Assembly: GCA_030698495.1 (NCBI GenBank)
Contig: JAUYKA010000008.1
Coordinates: 14,895-78,894, forward strand
Direction: 5' to 3'
DNA length: 64,000 nucleotides
From: a bacterium
GTDB lineage: Bacteria > Patescibacteriota > Andersenbacteria > UBA10190
Below are positions 41,464-50,315 of this stretch, one piece after another. The first letter of the stretch is position 1, and every line of letters starts with the position of its first letter. The notes under the pieces were generated by a model. It was not told the origin of the DNA. It did no database searches and saw only the letters and a program-made list of their open reading frames with translations. The position numbers and the translations under genes are program-made.

Positions 41464-42027
41464 TTTTTCTTTGCTGTTTAGCCTTTCAAGTAATAGCTCT
41501 AATCGTGTATTAGATTGGGTGAGTATCAGGCTGATGTTGCCCTGTTTAATGTTGTTGGCGATTTGGTAATGGCCTTGAGGAAAGGCATTGGCGTCTTTTT
41601 CAATAAAGACCGCGGGGGCTAAAGAAGATTCATCTGCGGGGATATGGTTGGCGTCTATGGTGATTGTTAGTACGCCATCCACAGGCGTTGGTGTGTCTAG
41701 CGGGAAATTGAATTGGTGGGTACCTTGGTTGGTGGTGACTGTCCAGGTCTGTAGTAAAGCACTGTTGTGAAGAAGGCTTACCGCGAAAGGCGTGCCTTGG
41801 TTTCGGGAGTAGATGGGTATGGTAAGACCGGACAAGCGATATAATCGGTTGAGGGTGATGTTTTCACTATAGACAAATTGAGCATATGCCGGATCGGCTA
41901 GTTCCGGTTCACTGTGTGCTTTGATATTATATAAAACGGTTTCTTGATTGGAGGATAAATAATAATAGGCCCCGGTCAGCCAGGCGGCAATAATAAGTGT
42001 TGAAATAATGGTTGTTTTAGTGCGCAT
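41353..42027 (-). CDS. Membrane-anchored hypothetical protein
   Basis: N- and C-terminal TM segments; TATAAT-6nt-ATG upstream. Confidence 0.65.
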   Translation of the reverse strand: MRTKTTIISTLIIAAWLTGAYYYLSSNQETVLYNIKAHSEPELADPAYAQFVYSENITLNRLYRLSGLTIPIYSRNQGTPFAVSLLHNSALLQTWTVTTNQGTHQFNFPLDTPTPVDGVLTITIDANHIPADESSLAPAVFIEKDANAFPQGHYQIANNIKQGNISLILTQSNTRLELLLERLNSKEKLIAFSQIIMWLSLAILTLQGGFVLASQNPFRKPSNR

Positions 42028-42108
42028 ATTGTGATTATATCAGTCAAAGTTGAATAACAGGAGTAATACAGATAGGATAAACAATATTTACTTATTATAG
42101 GTTATATT

Positions 42109-43065
42109 ATGGCAAAGTATTTAGTAACGGGCGGAGCGGGCTTTATCGGATCACACTTAGTGCACCGTTTGGTGGCCGAGGGGAACGAAGTGATAGCGCT
42201 CGATAATCTTACCGCCGGTAAAATAGAAAATATTAAGGCAGTCGCAAGCCGGGTGACGTTTGTAAAGGGAGATATTAGACAAATTGATTTACTACAGAAA
42301 CTGATGGGGGGTGTTGAGGTGGTTTTGCACACGGCGGCGTTAAGATCCGTTCCTCTTTCAGTAGATAATCCGTCGGCAGTGAACGATGTAAATATCGGTG
42401 GAACTTTAAATATACTGTTGGCGGCCAGAGACAATGGGGTGAGGCGGGTGGTGATGTCCTCGTCTTCGTCGGTTTACGGGCAGATTGAAGCGGAGAAACA
42501 GGTGGAAACCTTGCCGACTCATCCGGAATCACCTTATGCGCTCACAAAACTGGCGGGCGAGCAGTATTGTCGTCTGTTCGGCGAGTTGTATGGGCTGGAT
42601 GCTATATGCTTGCGCTATTTTAATGTGTTTGGGCATTGGCAGGATCCAAATTCAAAGTATTCGGCGGTGATACCTATTTTTGTAAGCGCCCTGTTACGAG
42701 GACAGATGCCGACGATACATTGGGACGGCCAGCAGAGCCGTGATTTTACTTTTGTCGATAATGTGGTTGACGCTAATTTATGCGCGGCGCAGGCGCCAAT
42801 AAAAAGCCAGGGAAATGCTTATAATATCGCTAATGGCGGAACGACTTCCATAAATGAATTATTGGCGCAGATTCAGGAATTACTGGGGACGAATATTGTT
42901 CCCAGATATATGCCGAAAAGGGCGGGCGATATCGGCAGGACACGTGCTGATATTGAGCGGGCGAGGCGAGAATTAAACTGGGAGCCTAAGGTTTCGTTTA
43001 ATGAGGGGTTGGCGCGTTCGCTGGAATGGTATAAAGAGAACGCGGTAGAGCCGGTAGCGGTTTAG
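42109..43065 (+). CDS. NAD-dependent NDP-sugar 4-epimerase (WbpP/GalE-like)
   Basis: TGGAGFIGSH, SVPLSV, SPYALTK, RYFNVFG, YSAVIP motifs. Confidence 0.9.
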   Translation: MAKYLVTGGAGFIGSHLVHRLVAEGNEVIALDNLTAGKIENIKAVASRVTFVKGDIRQIDLLQKLMGGVEVVLHTAALRSVPLSVDNPSAVNDVNIGGTLNILLAARDNGVRRVVMSSSSSVYGQIEAEKQVETLPTHPESPYALTKLAGEQYCRLFGELYGLDAICLRYFNVFGHWQDPNSKYSAVIPIFVSALLRGQMPTIHWDGQQSRDFTFVDNVVDANLCAAQAPIKSQGNAYNIANGGTTSINELLAQIQELLGTNIVPRYMPKRAGDIGRTRADIERARRELNWEPKVSFNEGLARSLEWYKENAVEPVAV

Positions 43066-43110
43066 GACAAGCAACTAGCCAGAGAAGGTTTGCGGGCATA
43101 TATTGAGTTC

Positions 43111-45249
43111 ATGAAAACGAGTGTAAAAACGCATGTTTTGGCAGTAGGATTCTATTTGCTAGCGACGGTAATTTTTAGCTTGCCGGTGGGGTTACATTTG
43201 ACCGACCAGGTGGTTGGGGCGGGAGGTGATCCGTGGCAGACAATGTGGAGATTTAGCCATTACGAGCAGCAAGTAGTAAGTAGTAAGCAGCAAGGAATGT
43301 TGCTGCAGTTAGTGCGAGAAACATTTGGCGGTGCCGGAGATTCACGTTTGGTTAATTTGTCGGCATGGCCGTGGATGTGGCTGCAGGTTATCGCGGGGCA
43401 GCCGCTAACATATAATTTGGTTTGGCTGGGCAGTTTCACATTGGCTGGTTACGCAATGTTTTTGCTGGCGCAATATTTATTAAAAAGACATTGGGATCAG
43501 ATAAAGGAAAAGGAAGAGATTAGAAATACGCCGGCTAGGCAAATTAAAGTGGCTGCATTTTTGGCCGGTTTTTATTATATGCTGCTTCCTTTTCATGTGG
43601 CGCATGCGCAAGGGCATTTCGGCGCGATGCAACTGGCGTGGCTGCCGCTGGCGATATTATTGATTTTTAAAATTTTGGATAAGCCGACTTGGGGGCGTGG
43701 TCTGGGGCTGGCAATTGTGGTAATTATTCAGGCGTGGACAGAGCACCACTATGCTCTGTGGCTGGCTGTATTTGCTTTAATTTTGGCGGTTTGGCGGTGG
43801 CGCAAAGTGATTGATATTATGCGAGGCAAGCGGTCGGTGGTGATTTGGGTCATGGCGGTGGTGATTGGGTTGGGGATTATTGTGCCATACTGGCCGACGG
43901 TGAGGTTGGTGGGGTCCGGTGATAGTGTTTTGAATTTAGGGACGGATCAGACAGTCAGGTTTTCGGCTGACGTATTTTCCTATCTGGTGCCGGCGCCGTT
44001 TCAAACATTGTGGGGAAAATACGCGCAGATGTTGTTTTCCCAGCGCTTTACCGGAAACTTTACCGAATCCACGCTTTTTCTCGGCTGGGTGCCTTTGTTG
44101 CTGATATTGTTCTTTAGTCAAAGAGTACCGCGCCAACAGCGAGTATTTTGGTTGGTAGTTGCCGGTTTTTTTGGATTGATTAGTTTAGGCCCGCTACTTC
44201 ATGTAATGGGAACAGTAACGCGTATTCCGTTACCGTACGCGCTGATTGATAGTTGGCCGATATTTAGCTCGGTTAGGGCGGTGGCTCGGGCAGGAGTAAT
44301 GGTAGAAATTAGCGTCGCGGTTTTGCTGGGTTGGGTGGTGGCCACTCAAGTAAATAGGAAAAGCATGGTTTTTGCGCTGGCGGGCGTGATTATGCTGGAG
44401 TTTATGTTTTGGCCGATGCCAATGCAGTCGGCGAGACTGTCTCAAGTGTATCGGCGTGTGAGCGAATTGCCGGGGAAGAGCGTGATAGAGATACCGGCAG
44501 CGACAAATTACACGACCGCATCTCGGGCTTTGTACGCGAGTGAGATTCATGGTAAAAAAGTTGTCGGCAGTATCGCGCTGGAGCGGGCTGAAGGCGATAG
44601 TGATAACGCAGAAATAAGATCTCTACCGGCCTTAAGGCAGCTGCTTTATTTGCGAACAACTCATGTCGAGCGGCAGAGTGATGATTTCTTCGGCCAGGTG
44701 TTGGCGGAAACACTGCCGGATGTTTTGAGGTATTTGGACGTGGGCGCGATTGTTATAAATAAAGATTCTTTATCAGATAATCAGTTGACGGTCGTGCGTC
44801 AGTTTCTGGAGCGGGAGATGAAGATGCAGGCGGAGGATTTTGGCGATGTTGTGTTATACCTGGCTGAAATTGATAAACTGCCGGCGGGCGACGGTGTTTT
44901 CTTGTCGCGGGATAGCCGCTGGGCCAACGTGGGGTATGACAGTAAGCGTGACAGTATTTTTGCCGAAATACCCAATGAGGCTGAAGTGGCACTGTATAAC
45001 GTAAGGGGTGAGAATGTCCAGGTTGGGTTAAGGTTTGATATCGCGCCAGAGTCACAAGGAAACATTTTGGTTAAATCCGCGGACAAAATGGTAACAGACT
45101 TACATTTACAAGGAGGTGAAGAGGCAAAAATTAGGATGACACTACCGTTGGGTAAAACAACTTTGACTTTCATTAATCGCGGTAGCGGGAAAGTGGTTAT
45201 CCAAAATCCCTTGCTGGAAGTCGCTGGGGTAGGAGTAGAGATTAATTGA
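43111..45249 (+). CDS. GT-C/YfhO-like membrane glycosyltransferase
   Basis: GGDPWQTMW, YNLVWL, SADVFSY, LPYA motifs; many TM segments plus an extracellular C-domain; ATG at 43111. Confidence 0.7.
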   Translation: MKTSVKTHVLAVGFYLLATVIFSLPVGLHLTDQVVGAGGDPWQTMWRFSHYEQQVVSSKQQGMLLQLVRETFGGAGDSRLVNLSAWPWMWLQVIAGQPLTYNLVWLGSFTLAGYAMFLLAQYLLKRHWDQIKEKEEIRNTPARQIKVAAFLAGFYYMLLPFHVAHAQGHFGAMQLAWLPLAILLIFKILDKPTWGRGLGLAIVVIIQAWTEHHYALWLAVFALILAVWRWRKVIDIMRGKRSVVIWVMAVVIGLGIIVPYWPTVRLVGSGDSVLNLGTDQTVRFSADVFSYLVPAPFQTLWGKYAQMLFSQRFTGNFTESTLFLGWVPLLLILFFSQRVPRQQRVFWLVVAGFFGLISLGPLLHVMGTVTRIPLPYALIDSWPIFSSVRAVARAGVMVEISVAVLLGWVVATQVNRKSMVFALAGVIMLEFMFWPMPMQSARLSQVYRRVSELPGKSVIEIPAATNYTTASRALYASEIHGKKVVGSIALERAEGDSDNAEIRSLPALRQLLYLRTTHVERQSDDFFGQVLAETLPDVLRYLDVGAIVINKDSLSDNQLTVVRQFLEREMKMQAEDFGDVVLYLAEIDKLPAGDGVFLSRDSRWANVGYDSKRDSIFAEIPNEAEVALYNVRGENVQVGLRFDIAPESQGNILVKSADKMVTDLHLQGGEEAKIRMTLPLGKTTLTFINRGSGKVVIQNPLLEVAGVGVEIN
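43265..43294. repeat. In-frame heptamer array
   Basis: AGCAGCA AGTAGTA AGTAGTA AGCAGCA AG; encodes QQVVSSKQQ. Confidence 0.75.
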
Positions 45250-45262
45250 TGAAATTTGCAAT

Positions 45263-46411
45263 ATGAAAGTTTTGATTTTTAATTTTGAATATCCGCCGTT
45301 GGGTGGGGGGGGAGGAGTGGCAACGAAACAGCTGGCAGAACAGCTGGGAAAAAATCATGATATTCATATCGTAACTACCAGATACGGAAAACTGCTTGCC
45401 CAAGAGACAATAAATCAAGTAACGGTGCACCGCGTTAAGGTATGGGGCAGGCGGAATTTGCCAACAGCCAGTATTGAGTCGTTGGTTACTTATGTGCCGG
45501 CGGCTATTTGGTGTGGCTGGCTAATTCTAAGAAATAATAATTTTGATGTTATTAACGCTCAATTTGTCATTCCCTCGGGGTTGCCGGCGTATGTTTTAGC
45601 TAAGTTTTTCGGATTGCCTTTAGTCATTAGCTTTATCGGCGGTGATATATTTGATCCGACAAAAGGGATTTCACCCCATCGCCATTGGTGGTTGCGGGTG
45701 TTGATCCGTTTTTTGGCGGGACAGGCACAGGCGAGAACAGCGATTTCGGAGGATACAAAAAGACGCGCTTGGCAATTGCATGGTGTGGATAAAAACATTG
45801 TTGTGACGCACCTAGGATTGGTGCCGAGCGGTTTTGTGGTACGAGACAGACACGCGCTTGGTTGGCCCGCCGATACGCCGATAATAGTAACAGTGGGAAG
45901 ATTGATATCGAGAAAAGGTTATTTGACGTTGCTGGAAGCGTGGCAAACAGTAACGGACGCGATGTTGGTTATTATTGGTGAGGGGGTGGAACGAAAAAAA
46001 ATTGAGCAGAAGATACGAAAATACGGTTTGGGGAATCGGGTAAAATTGGCCGGATGGGTGACAGAAGATAAAAAACAGAAGATGTTGGCGGCAGCCGACT
46101 TGTATGTTTCGGCAGCCGAGCACGAGGGATTTGGTATAGTTTTTTTAGAGGCGATGCAGGCGGGGCTGCCGATTGTGGCCACTACCGAAGGAGGACATAC
46201 TGATTTTTTGATGGAAGGAGAGAATGCTTTACTGGTAGCACCTAATGATCCGGTAGTGTTAGCCGTGAGTGTAAACAAGCTGTTGCATGATCGGCAGCTG
46301 CGTTTGCAAATAAGTGAGAATAATAAAGAAAAAGTGAGGGAGTTTTACATTGATAAAACCACGGCCAGGTTTGAGAAAGTGTTAGTAGGAGTGGTTAAAT
46401 CTAGGGTATGA
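45263..46411 (+). CDS. GT4 glycosyltransferase
   Basis: EYPPLGGGGG, GRLISRKG, EGFGIVFLEAM motifs. Confidence 0.9.
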   Translation: MKVLIFNFEYPPLGGGGGVATKQLAEQLGKNHDIHIVTTRYGKLLAQETINQVTVHRVKVWGRRNLPTASIESLVTYVPAAIWCGWLILRNNNFDVINAQFVIPSGLPAYVLAKFFGLPLVISFIGGDIFDPTKGISPHRHWWLRVLIRFLAGQAQARTAISEDTKRRAWQLHGVDKNIVVTHLGLVPSGFVVRDRHALGWPADTPIIVTVGRLISRKGYLTLLEAWQTVTDAMLVIIGEGVERKKIEQKIRKYGLGNRVKLAGWVTEDKKQKMLAAADLYVSAAEHEGFGIVFLEAMQAGLPIVATTEGGHTDFLMEGENALLVAPNDPVVLAVSVNKLLHDRQLRLQISENNKEKVREFYIDKTTARFEKVLVGVVKSRV

Positions 46412-47517
46412 GGATTGTTATTGAAGCAAGGGCGTTATCGTCTCCGGGAGGAGGCGTAAAAACTTATGTCCGGCAGTTGATTTTGGGGTTAGCGGCAGAT
46501 AAACAAAATTCTTTGACTGTTATTTACGATAGGGAAAACCCTAGGGATAAGTTTATCGGTGCCGGTGAAGCGATTATTAAGAGATACACAGACGCGGGGT
46601 TGAGCTGGTGGCTTAATCATCAGGTGCCAAGAATACTGGATAAAATAAAGCCGGACGTGGTTCATTTTACCAAAGCGGCTGTGCCGTCACGGAAGATATT
46701 ACCGACAGTGGTGACTATTTATGACGTAATTCCCCTGTTGTATCCGCAGGGACAGAAATTATCGAGGCGTTGGTATTGGCGACGAGCACTAAAACAGGCG
46801 GCACAGTTTTCAGATCGCATTATCACTATCTCAAATGTGAGTAAGAGAGATCTTGTAGAGCAGTTAGACGTATCGGCGGATAAGGTTACGGTAACGCCAT
46901 TGGCGGTCGATACTGATTTTTTCAAACCGGTTGATAGGAGGGGGGTAGTGAAACCTTATATTTTATTTGTCGGAACACTGGAGCCGAGAAAAAATGTGCC
47001 GATGTTGGTGCGGGCTTTTTCTCGAATCGCCGGGGAGGTGCCGCACGATTTGATCATAGCGGGGCGCCCAGAAAAGGATATAGCGGCAGTTAAACGGGAG
47101 ATTGACCGGAGTAAAGCGGTGGATAGGATAAAACTTATAGGCAGGGTGTCTGGCAACGACTTGCCGGCATTATACAGCGACGCCGATTTGTTTGTCTGGC
47201 CGTCTATTTATGAGGGTTGGGGATTCCCGCCGCAAGAGGCAATGGCGTGCGGTACGCCGGTAATTGTCAGTGACGGCGGATCACTGCCGGAAGTAGTGGG
47301 CGAGGTGGGTGAAGTTGTCAGTTTTGCCGAGATGGAAGTTTCGAGGCGAACTGGTGATGTTGATTTTGAAGAAAGATTAGCGAAAAGTGTGTTGGATCTC
47401 CTGAATAATAAAGAGAAAAGAAAAAATATGAGTGAACAGGGACTACTACAAGCTAGGGAAAATACGTGGCAACAAGTGGTGGAGATGACAATGTCCGTAT
47501 ATAAGCAGCTTACTTAG
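46408..47517 (+). CDS. GT4 glycosyltransferase (mannosyltransferase-like)
   Basis: VGTLEPRKN, EGWGFPPQEAMACG motifs. Confidence 0.9.
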   Translation: MRIVIEARALSSPGGGVKTYVRQLILGLAADKQNSLTVIYDRENPRDKFIGAGEAIIKRYTDAGLSWWLNHQVPRILDKIKPDVVHFTKAAVPSRKILPTVVTIYDVIPLLYPQGQKLSRRWYWRRALKQAAQFSDRIITISNVSKRDLVEQLDVSADKVTVTPLAVDTDFFKPVDRRGVVKPYILFVGTLEPRKNVPMLVRAFSRIAGEVPHDLIIAGRPEKDIAAVKREIDRSKAVDRIKLIGRVSGNDLPALYSDADLFVWPSIYEGWGFPPQEAMACGTPVIVSDGGSLPEVVGEVGEVVSFAEMEVSRRTGDVDFEERLAKSVLDLLNNKEKRKNMSEQGLLQARENTWQQVVEMTMSVYKQLT

Positions 47518-47549
47518 ATTATTTATCTATCATGATCACATATGGGTTG

Positions 47550-47577
47550 TATTACCACATATCGATATGTGGTAATA
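47550..47577. promoter_or_regulatory. Perfect 28-bp palindrome (putative operator) overlapping an extended -10 box
   Basis: TATTACCACATATCGATATGTGGTAATA; TGG-TAATAT-6nt-ATG(47585). Confidence 0.75.
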
Positions 47578-47584
47578 TTTTGTT

Positions 47585-48043
47585 ATGGCTAAATATGATT
47601 ATCGTAAATTAAAAACAAAAGAGCGGGAGAAAATTACAGGACAACTCGTTAAAGCGTTTAGTAAAGCAAACAGCAAGCAGGAAGTTCAGCAGTTTATAGA
47701 CCAGCTGTTAACGCCGAGTGAAAAAATAATGTTGGGACGAAGAATTCAGGTGGCTCGATTACTTATTCGCGGGTATACATACGTGGAAATTAGGCAAAAA
47801 TTGAAAGCGGGGATAAGTACAATTAAGTCAGTAGATGGCTGGTTAGAGATGACAGTACCTGATTATCAGGAATTGAGAGATTGGTATCGCAAGTGGATCT
47901 ATACAGATAAGGCAAAAAAGCCGGAGAAAAAGCGGAGCGGCAGTAGGGAGCCGGATATGTTTGGCTCATTTGCCAGTGTTCGGCATCGTTATGCCGGCCA
48001 TTTCTTATTATTGAATTTGTTGTTAGACAGTAATGAGGAATAG
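47585..48043 (+). CDS. TrpR-like (YerC/YecD) HTH protein
   Basis: LLTPSEKIMLGRRIQVARLL.RG.TY.EIRQKLKAGISTI matches the TrpR/YerC pattern. Confidence 0.85.
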   Translation: MAKYDYRKLKTKEREKITGQLVKAFSKANSKQEVQQFIDQLLTPSEKIMLGRRIQVARLLIRGYTYVEIRQKLKAGISTIKSVDGWLEMTVPDYQELRDWYRKWIYTDKAKKPEKKRSGSREPDMFGSFASVRHRYAGHFLLLNLLLDSNEE

Positions 48044-48057
48044 TTGTGTGTATAGTT

Positions 48058-48080
48058 CCACATATCGATATGTGGTAATA
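48058..48080. repeat. Second copy of the palindrome downstream of the TrpR-like gene
   Basis: CCACATATCGATATGTGGTAATA, identical to 47555-47577. Confidence 0.9.
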
Positions 48081-48100
48081 ATGATAGTTAGTGTTTTTAA

Positions 48101-48141
48101 AAAGAGAAAACCGCCGGGAGATTTTTGTCTCGCGGCGGTTT
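48101..48141 (-). terminator. Intrinsic terminator for 48158-48637
   Basis: AAACCGCCG...CGGCGGTTT stem followed by a U-rich run on the minus strand. Confidence 0.7.
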
Positions 48142-48157
48142 GTAATTTGAAGTCCCT

Positions 48158-48637
48158 TCACGGTTTGGCGCTGCCGGTTTCTGGTGTTTCGGCGGCCGGA
48201 ACCTTGGCGAGGGGATCGGACTGCTCTGGGGCAGATGGGGTTTCGGGACGGGCGAGGATTTCGCGTTCACCTTTTTCGTTGGTGATGACAATAAAGCGGG
48301 GCGGGGGAGGCTCCCTGCCGTCGATTTCGAGCGTGACGGCATCTGTTTCGGCTTGTTCTTCTTTGTAGACTTGAGCGCGGTAGTAAAAAGGAGTGATTTG
48401 GGTGCCGCCTTCGATAGTGAGATAGACACATGTATCGAGGTCAGGAAGGTGTATGGGGTCGCCGCTCTTGTTCTGTGTTTCGACCCATATAGCAGTCATG
48501 ACTAGTATTAGTAAACATATGAGCGCAGCTCCTAGTAAGATGCGTAAGGCTTTGGGGCAGTTCTTCTCTACCAGGTTGGCTCCAAGGATCATTGCAATCA
48601 TACATAAACCAAGAATTAACAGTGTCAGGTCGACCAT
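48158..48637 (-). CDS. Hypothetical 2-TM protein with Pro/Glu-rich tail
   Basis: GGAG Shine-Dalgarno upstream, own promoter and terminator. Confidence 0.7.
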   Translation of the reverse strand: MVDLTLLILGLCMIAMILGANLVEKNCPKALRILLGAALICLLILVMTAIWVETQNKSGDPIHLPDLDTCVYLTIEGGTQITPFYYRAQVYKEEQAETDAVTLEIDGREPPPPRFIVITNEKGEREILARPETPSAPEQSDPLAKVPAAETPETGSAKP

Positions 48638-48692
48638 AATAAGTCTCCTACAACTTCAAGGTGGGATTGAATTGCCAAACGAACGATATTCG

Positions 48693-48721
48693 AATATATT
48701 GCAGATACTAAGTTATGTCAA
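48693..48721 (-). promoter_or_regulatory. Sigma70-type promoter
   Basis: Minus strand TTGACA-17nt-TATATT. Confidence 0.7.
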
Positions 48722-48739
48722 GCGTGGTGGCGAATAACT

Positions 48740-48860
48740 AGATTGCCGCGCCCGCCTATATTTTGCTGAAGCAAAACATAGGCGGGCTCCAGCCGTCGCT
48801 AATCCCACTTTACTAAAGCTACGCGGGACACAGAGCTATGGCCGGCACAGCGCAATGACG
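48740..48860. repeat. Triply nested REP-like palindromic element
   Basis: Outer AGATTGCCGCG...CT|CGCAATGACG, with a 31-nt module that itself contains a second 31-nt module. Confidence 0.8.
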
Positions 48861-48929
48861 ACGACTTTCACGTCAGCGAGCAGTTACTTAGAGACGATAG
48901 CTATGCTCAATTAAAGGAAGGTAAATAAT

Positions 48930-50096
48930 ATGAAAGTAGCCTATTTGACAAATTCGGGGGAGAGGACGGGGGTGGGTTTTAGGGCGGCTAATATCAGACA
49001 ATTGCTAGTATCCGATGGTATTGGGCTGGATGAGTTTTATGTTGATGGGGACAGGGGGGAGTTAAGAGTAAACGGCGAGGTACGGCAGATAATAAAAAAA
49101 TGGCCGGGAGTTTGGGGAAGTAAGACGGTTAACTGGGTCAGGTTGGGCTTGAAGACAAAAAAAGAGCTTGTGAGTGGCGGGTACGATATTGTTCATGCCA
49201 CTAATCAAACTTTGAGTTTTATAATTGACGGCAGTTTGCCGGCGGTGGTGACGGTGCATGATATTATTGAAGTGCTGGAGCCGCAAAGCGGATGGGGGGG
49301 ACTGGCGGCAAAATATTTGTATAGCGGCATAAAGAGAGCAGACCATATTATCGCGGTGTCGGAGTATACCAAGAAAACCATCATGGATTATTACGGTGTG
49401 GCGGCCGGTAAAATAACCGTGGTTTATAACGGAGTAGGCGAGGATTTTTATCCGCTGGAAAGTTTTAGGCAATCTATTGCTTATCAGCAGTGGTTGAGTC
49501 AGCTTAAAATATCAGCAGAGACAAGGGTGATATTGTATGTGGGGTCAGACCATTCTCGTAAAAACGTGATTGGCGCAGTACGGGCTTTTGCCGGGGTAAA
49601 AACTGCGCTTGAGGACGATGGGCAGAGGGCGGTGTTTGTTAAGGTGGGAAAACCGGGGCTGGCTGGCGGCCGAGAGCAATTGCTAAATGAAATTGATGAG
49701 CTGGGAATTAAGGGCAGTGTAAAGTTGATAGCGGATGTGGATAACGAGCAGTTAAACGAGTTGTATAATTTGGCGGACGTTTTGATTTACCCGTCTCGGT
49801 TTGAAGGGTTCGGCCTGCCGGTTTTACAGGCTTTCGCGGCCGGAACACCGGTGGTGACTTCGAATACGACTTCATTGCCGGAAGTCACGGGTGATGATGC
49901 AAAATACGGTAAATGCGCGGCGCTGGTTTATAATCCCGACGACATTGATCGTATGGCGGAAGGGTTAAAAGAGATATTAACTGATAATGACAGGGCGGAA
50001 GAGTTGAGGCTGGCCGGTTTGGAGCGAGCGAAGAAGTTTACCTGGGAGAAGGCAGTACAGAAAGTAAGGCGTGTTTATAGTGAATTGGCAGGTTGA
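48930..50096 (+). CDS. GT4 glycosyltransferase
   Basis: VTVHD, RKNV, EGFGLPVLQAFAAGTP motifs. Confidence 0.9.
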   Translation: MKVAYLTNSGERTGVGFRAANIRQLLVSDGIGLDEFYVDGDRGELRVNGEVRQIIKKWPGVWGSKTVNWVRLGLKTKKELVSGGYDIVHATNQTLSFIIDGSLPAVVTVHDIIEVLEPQSGWGGLAAKYLYSGIKRADHIIAVSEYTKKTIMDYYGVAAGKITVVYNGVGEDFYPLESFRQSIAYQQWLSQLKISAETRVILYVGSDHSRKNVIGAVRAFAGVKTALEDDGQRAVFVKVGKPGLAGGREQLLNEIDELGIKGSVKLIADVDNEQLNELYNLADVLIYPSRFEGFGLPVLQAFAAGTPVVTSNTTSLPEVTGDDAKYGKCAALVYNPDDIDRMAEGLKEILTDNDRAEELRLAGLERAKKFTWEKAVQKVRRVYSELAG

Positions 50097-50120
50097 AAAT
50101 ATATCTATAAATAGCTTAAA

Positions 50121-50151
50121 TAAACGGCTCAACCGCCGCTTGAGCCGTTTA
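50121..50151. terminator. Perfect 12-bp stem hairpin (possible terminator)
   Basis: TAAACGGCTCAA-ccgccgc-TTGAGCCGTTTA, 25 nt after the GT4 stop. Confidence 0.55.
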
Positions 50152-50202
50152 GGAGTTAGCTGCTAATTTCATCTGCAGGTAGAACGGGGTTTATATTGAT
50201 GA

Positions 50203-50267
50203 CTGGATTGCTCGGCTAAACCGGATGATGACATGCGACGTGGATCCCGGATCGTGTCCGGGATGAC
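50203..50267. repeat. Two tandem REP-like palindromes ending in ATGAC
   Basis: CTGGATTGCTCGGCTAAACCGGATGATGAC and TGGATCCCGGATCGTGTCCGGGATGAC. Confidence 0.65.
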
Positions 50268-50315
50268 GACGAATAGTAAGTTGGACTTGGTATTTGTTTG
50301 TGCCATGATTAGGCT

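Noticed and set aside
45305-45312. Poly-G phase-variation tract (also G7 at 34434-34440 on the minus strand)
   Set aside because: Both are in frame and encode the conserved PPxGG motif of GT4 N-termini; no evidence of slippage.
48740-48860. tRNA or riboswitch
   Set aside because: No cloverleaf, T-loop or CCA. The structure is fully explained by nested repeats that recur at 51541 and 54891.
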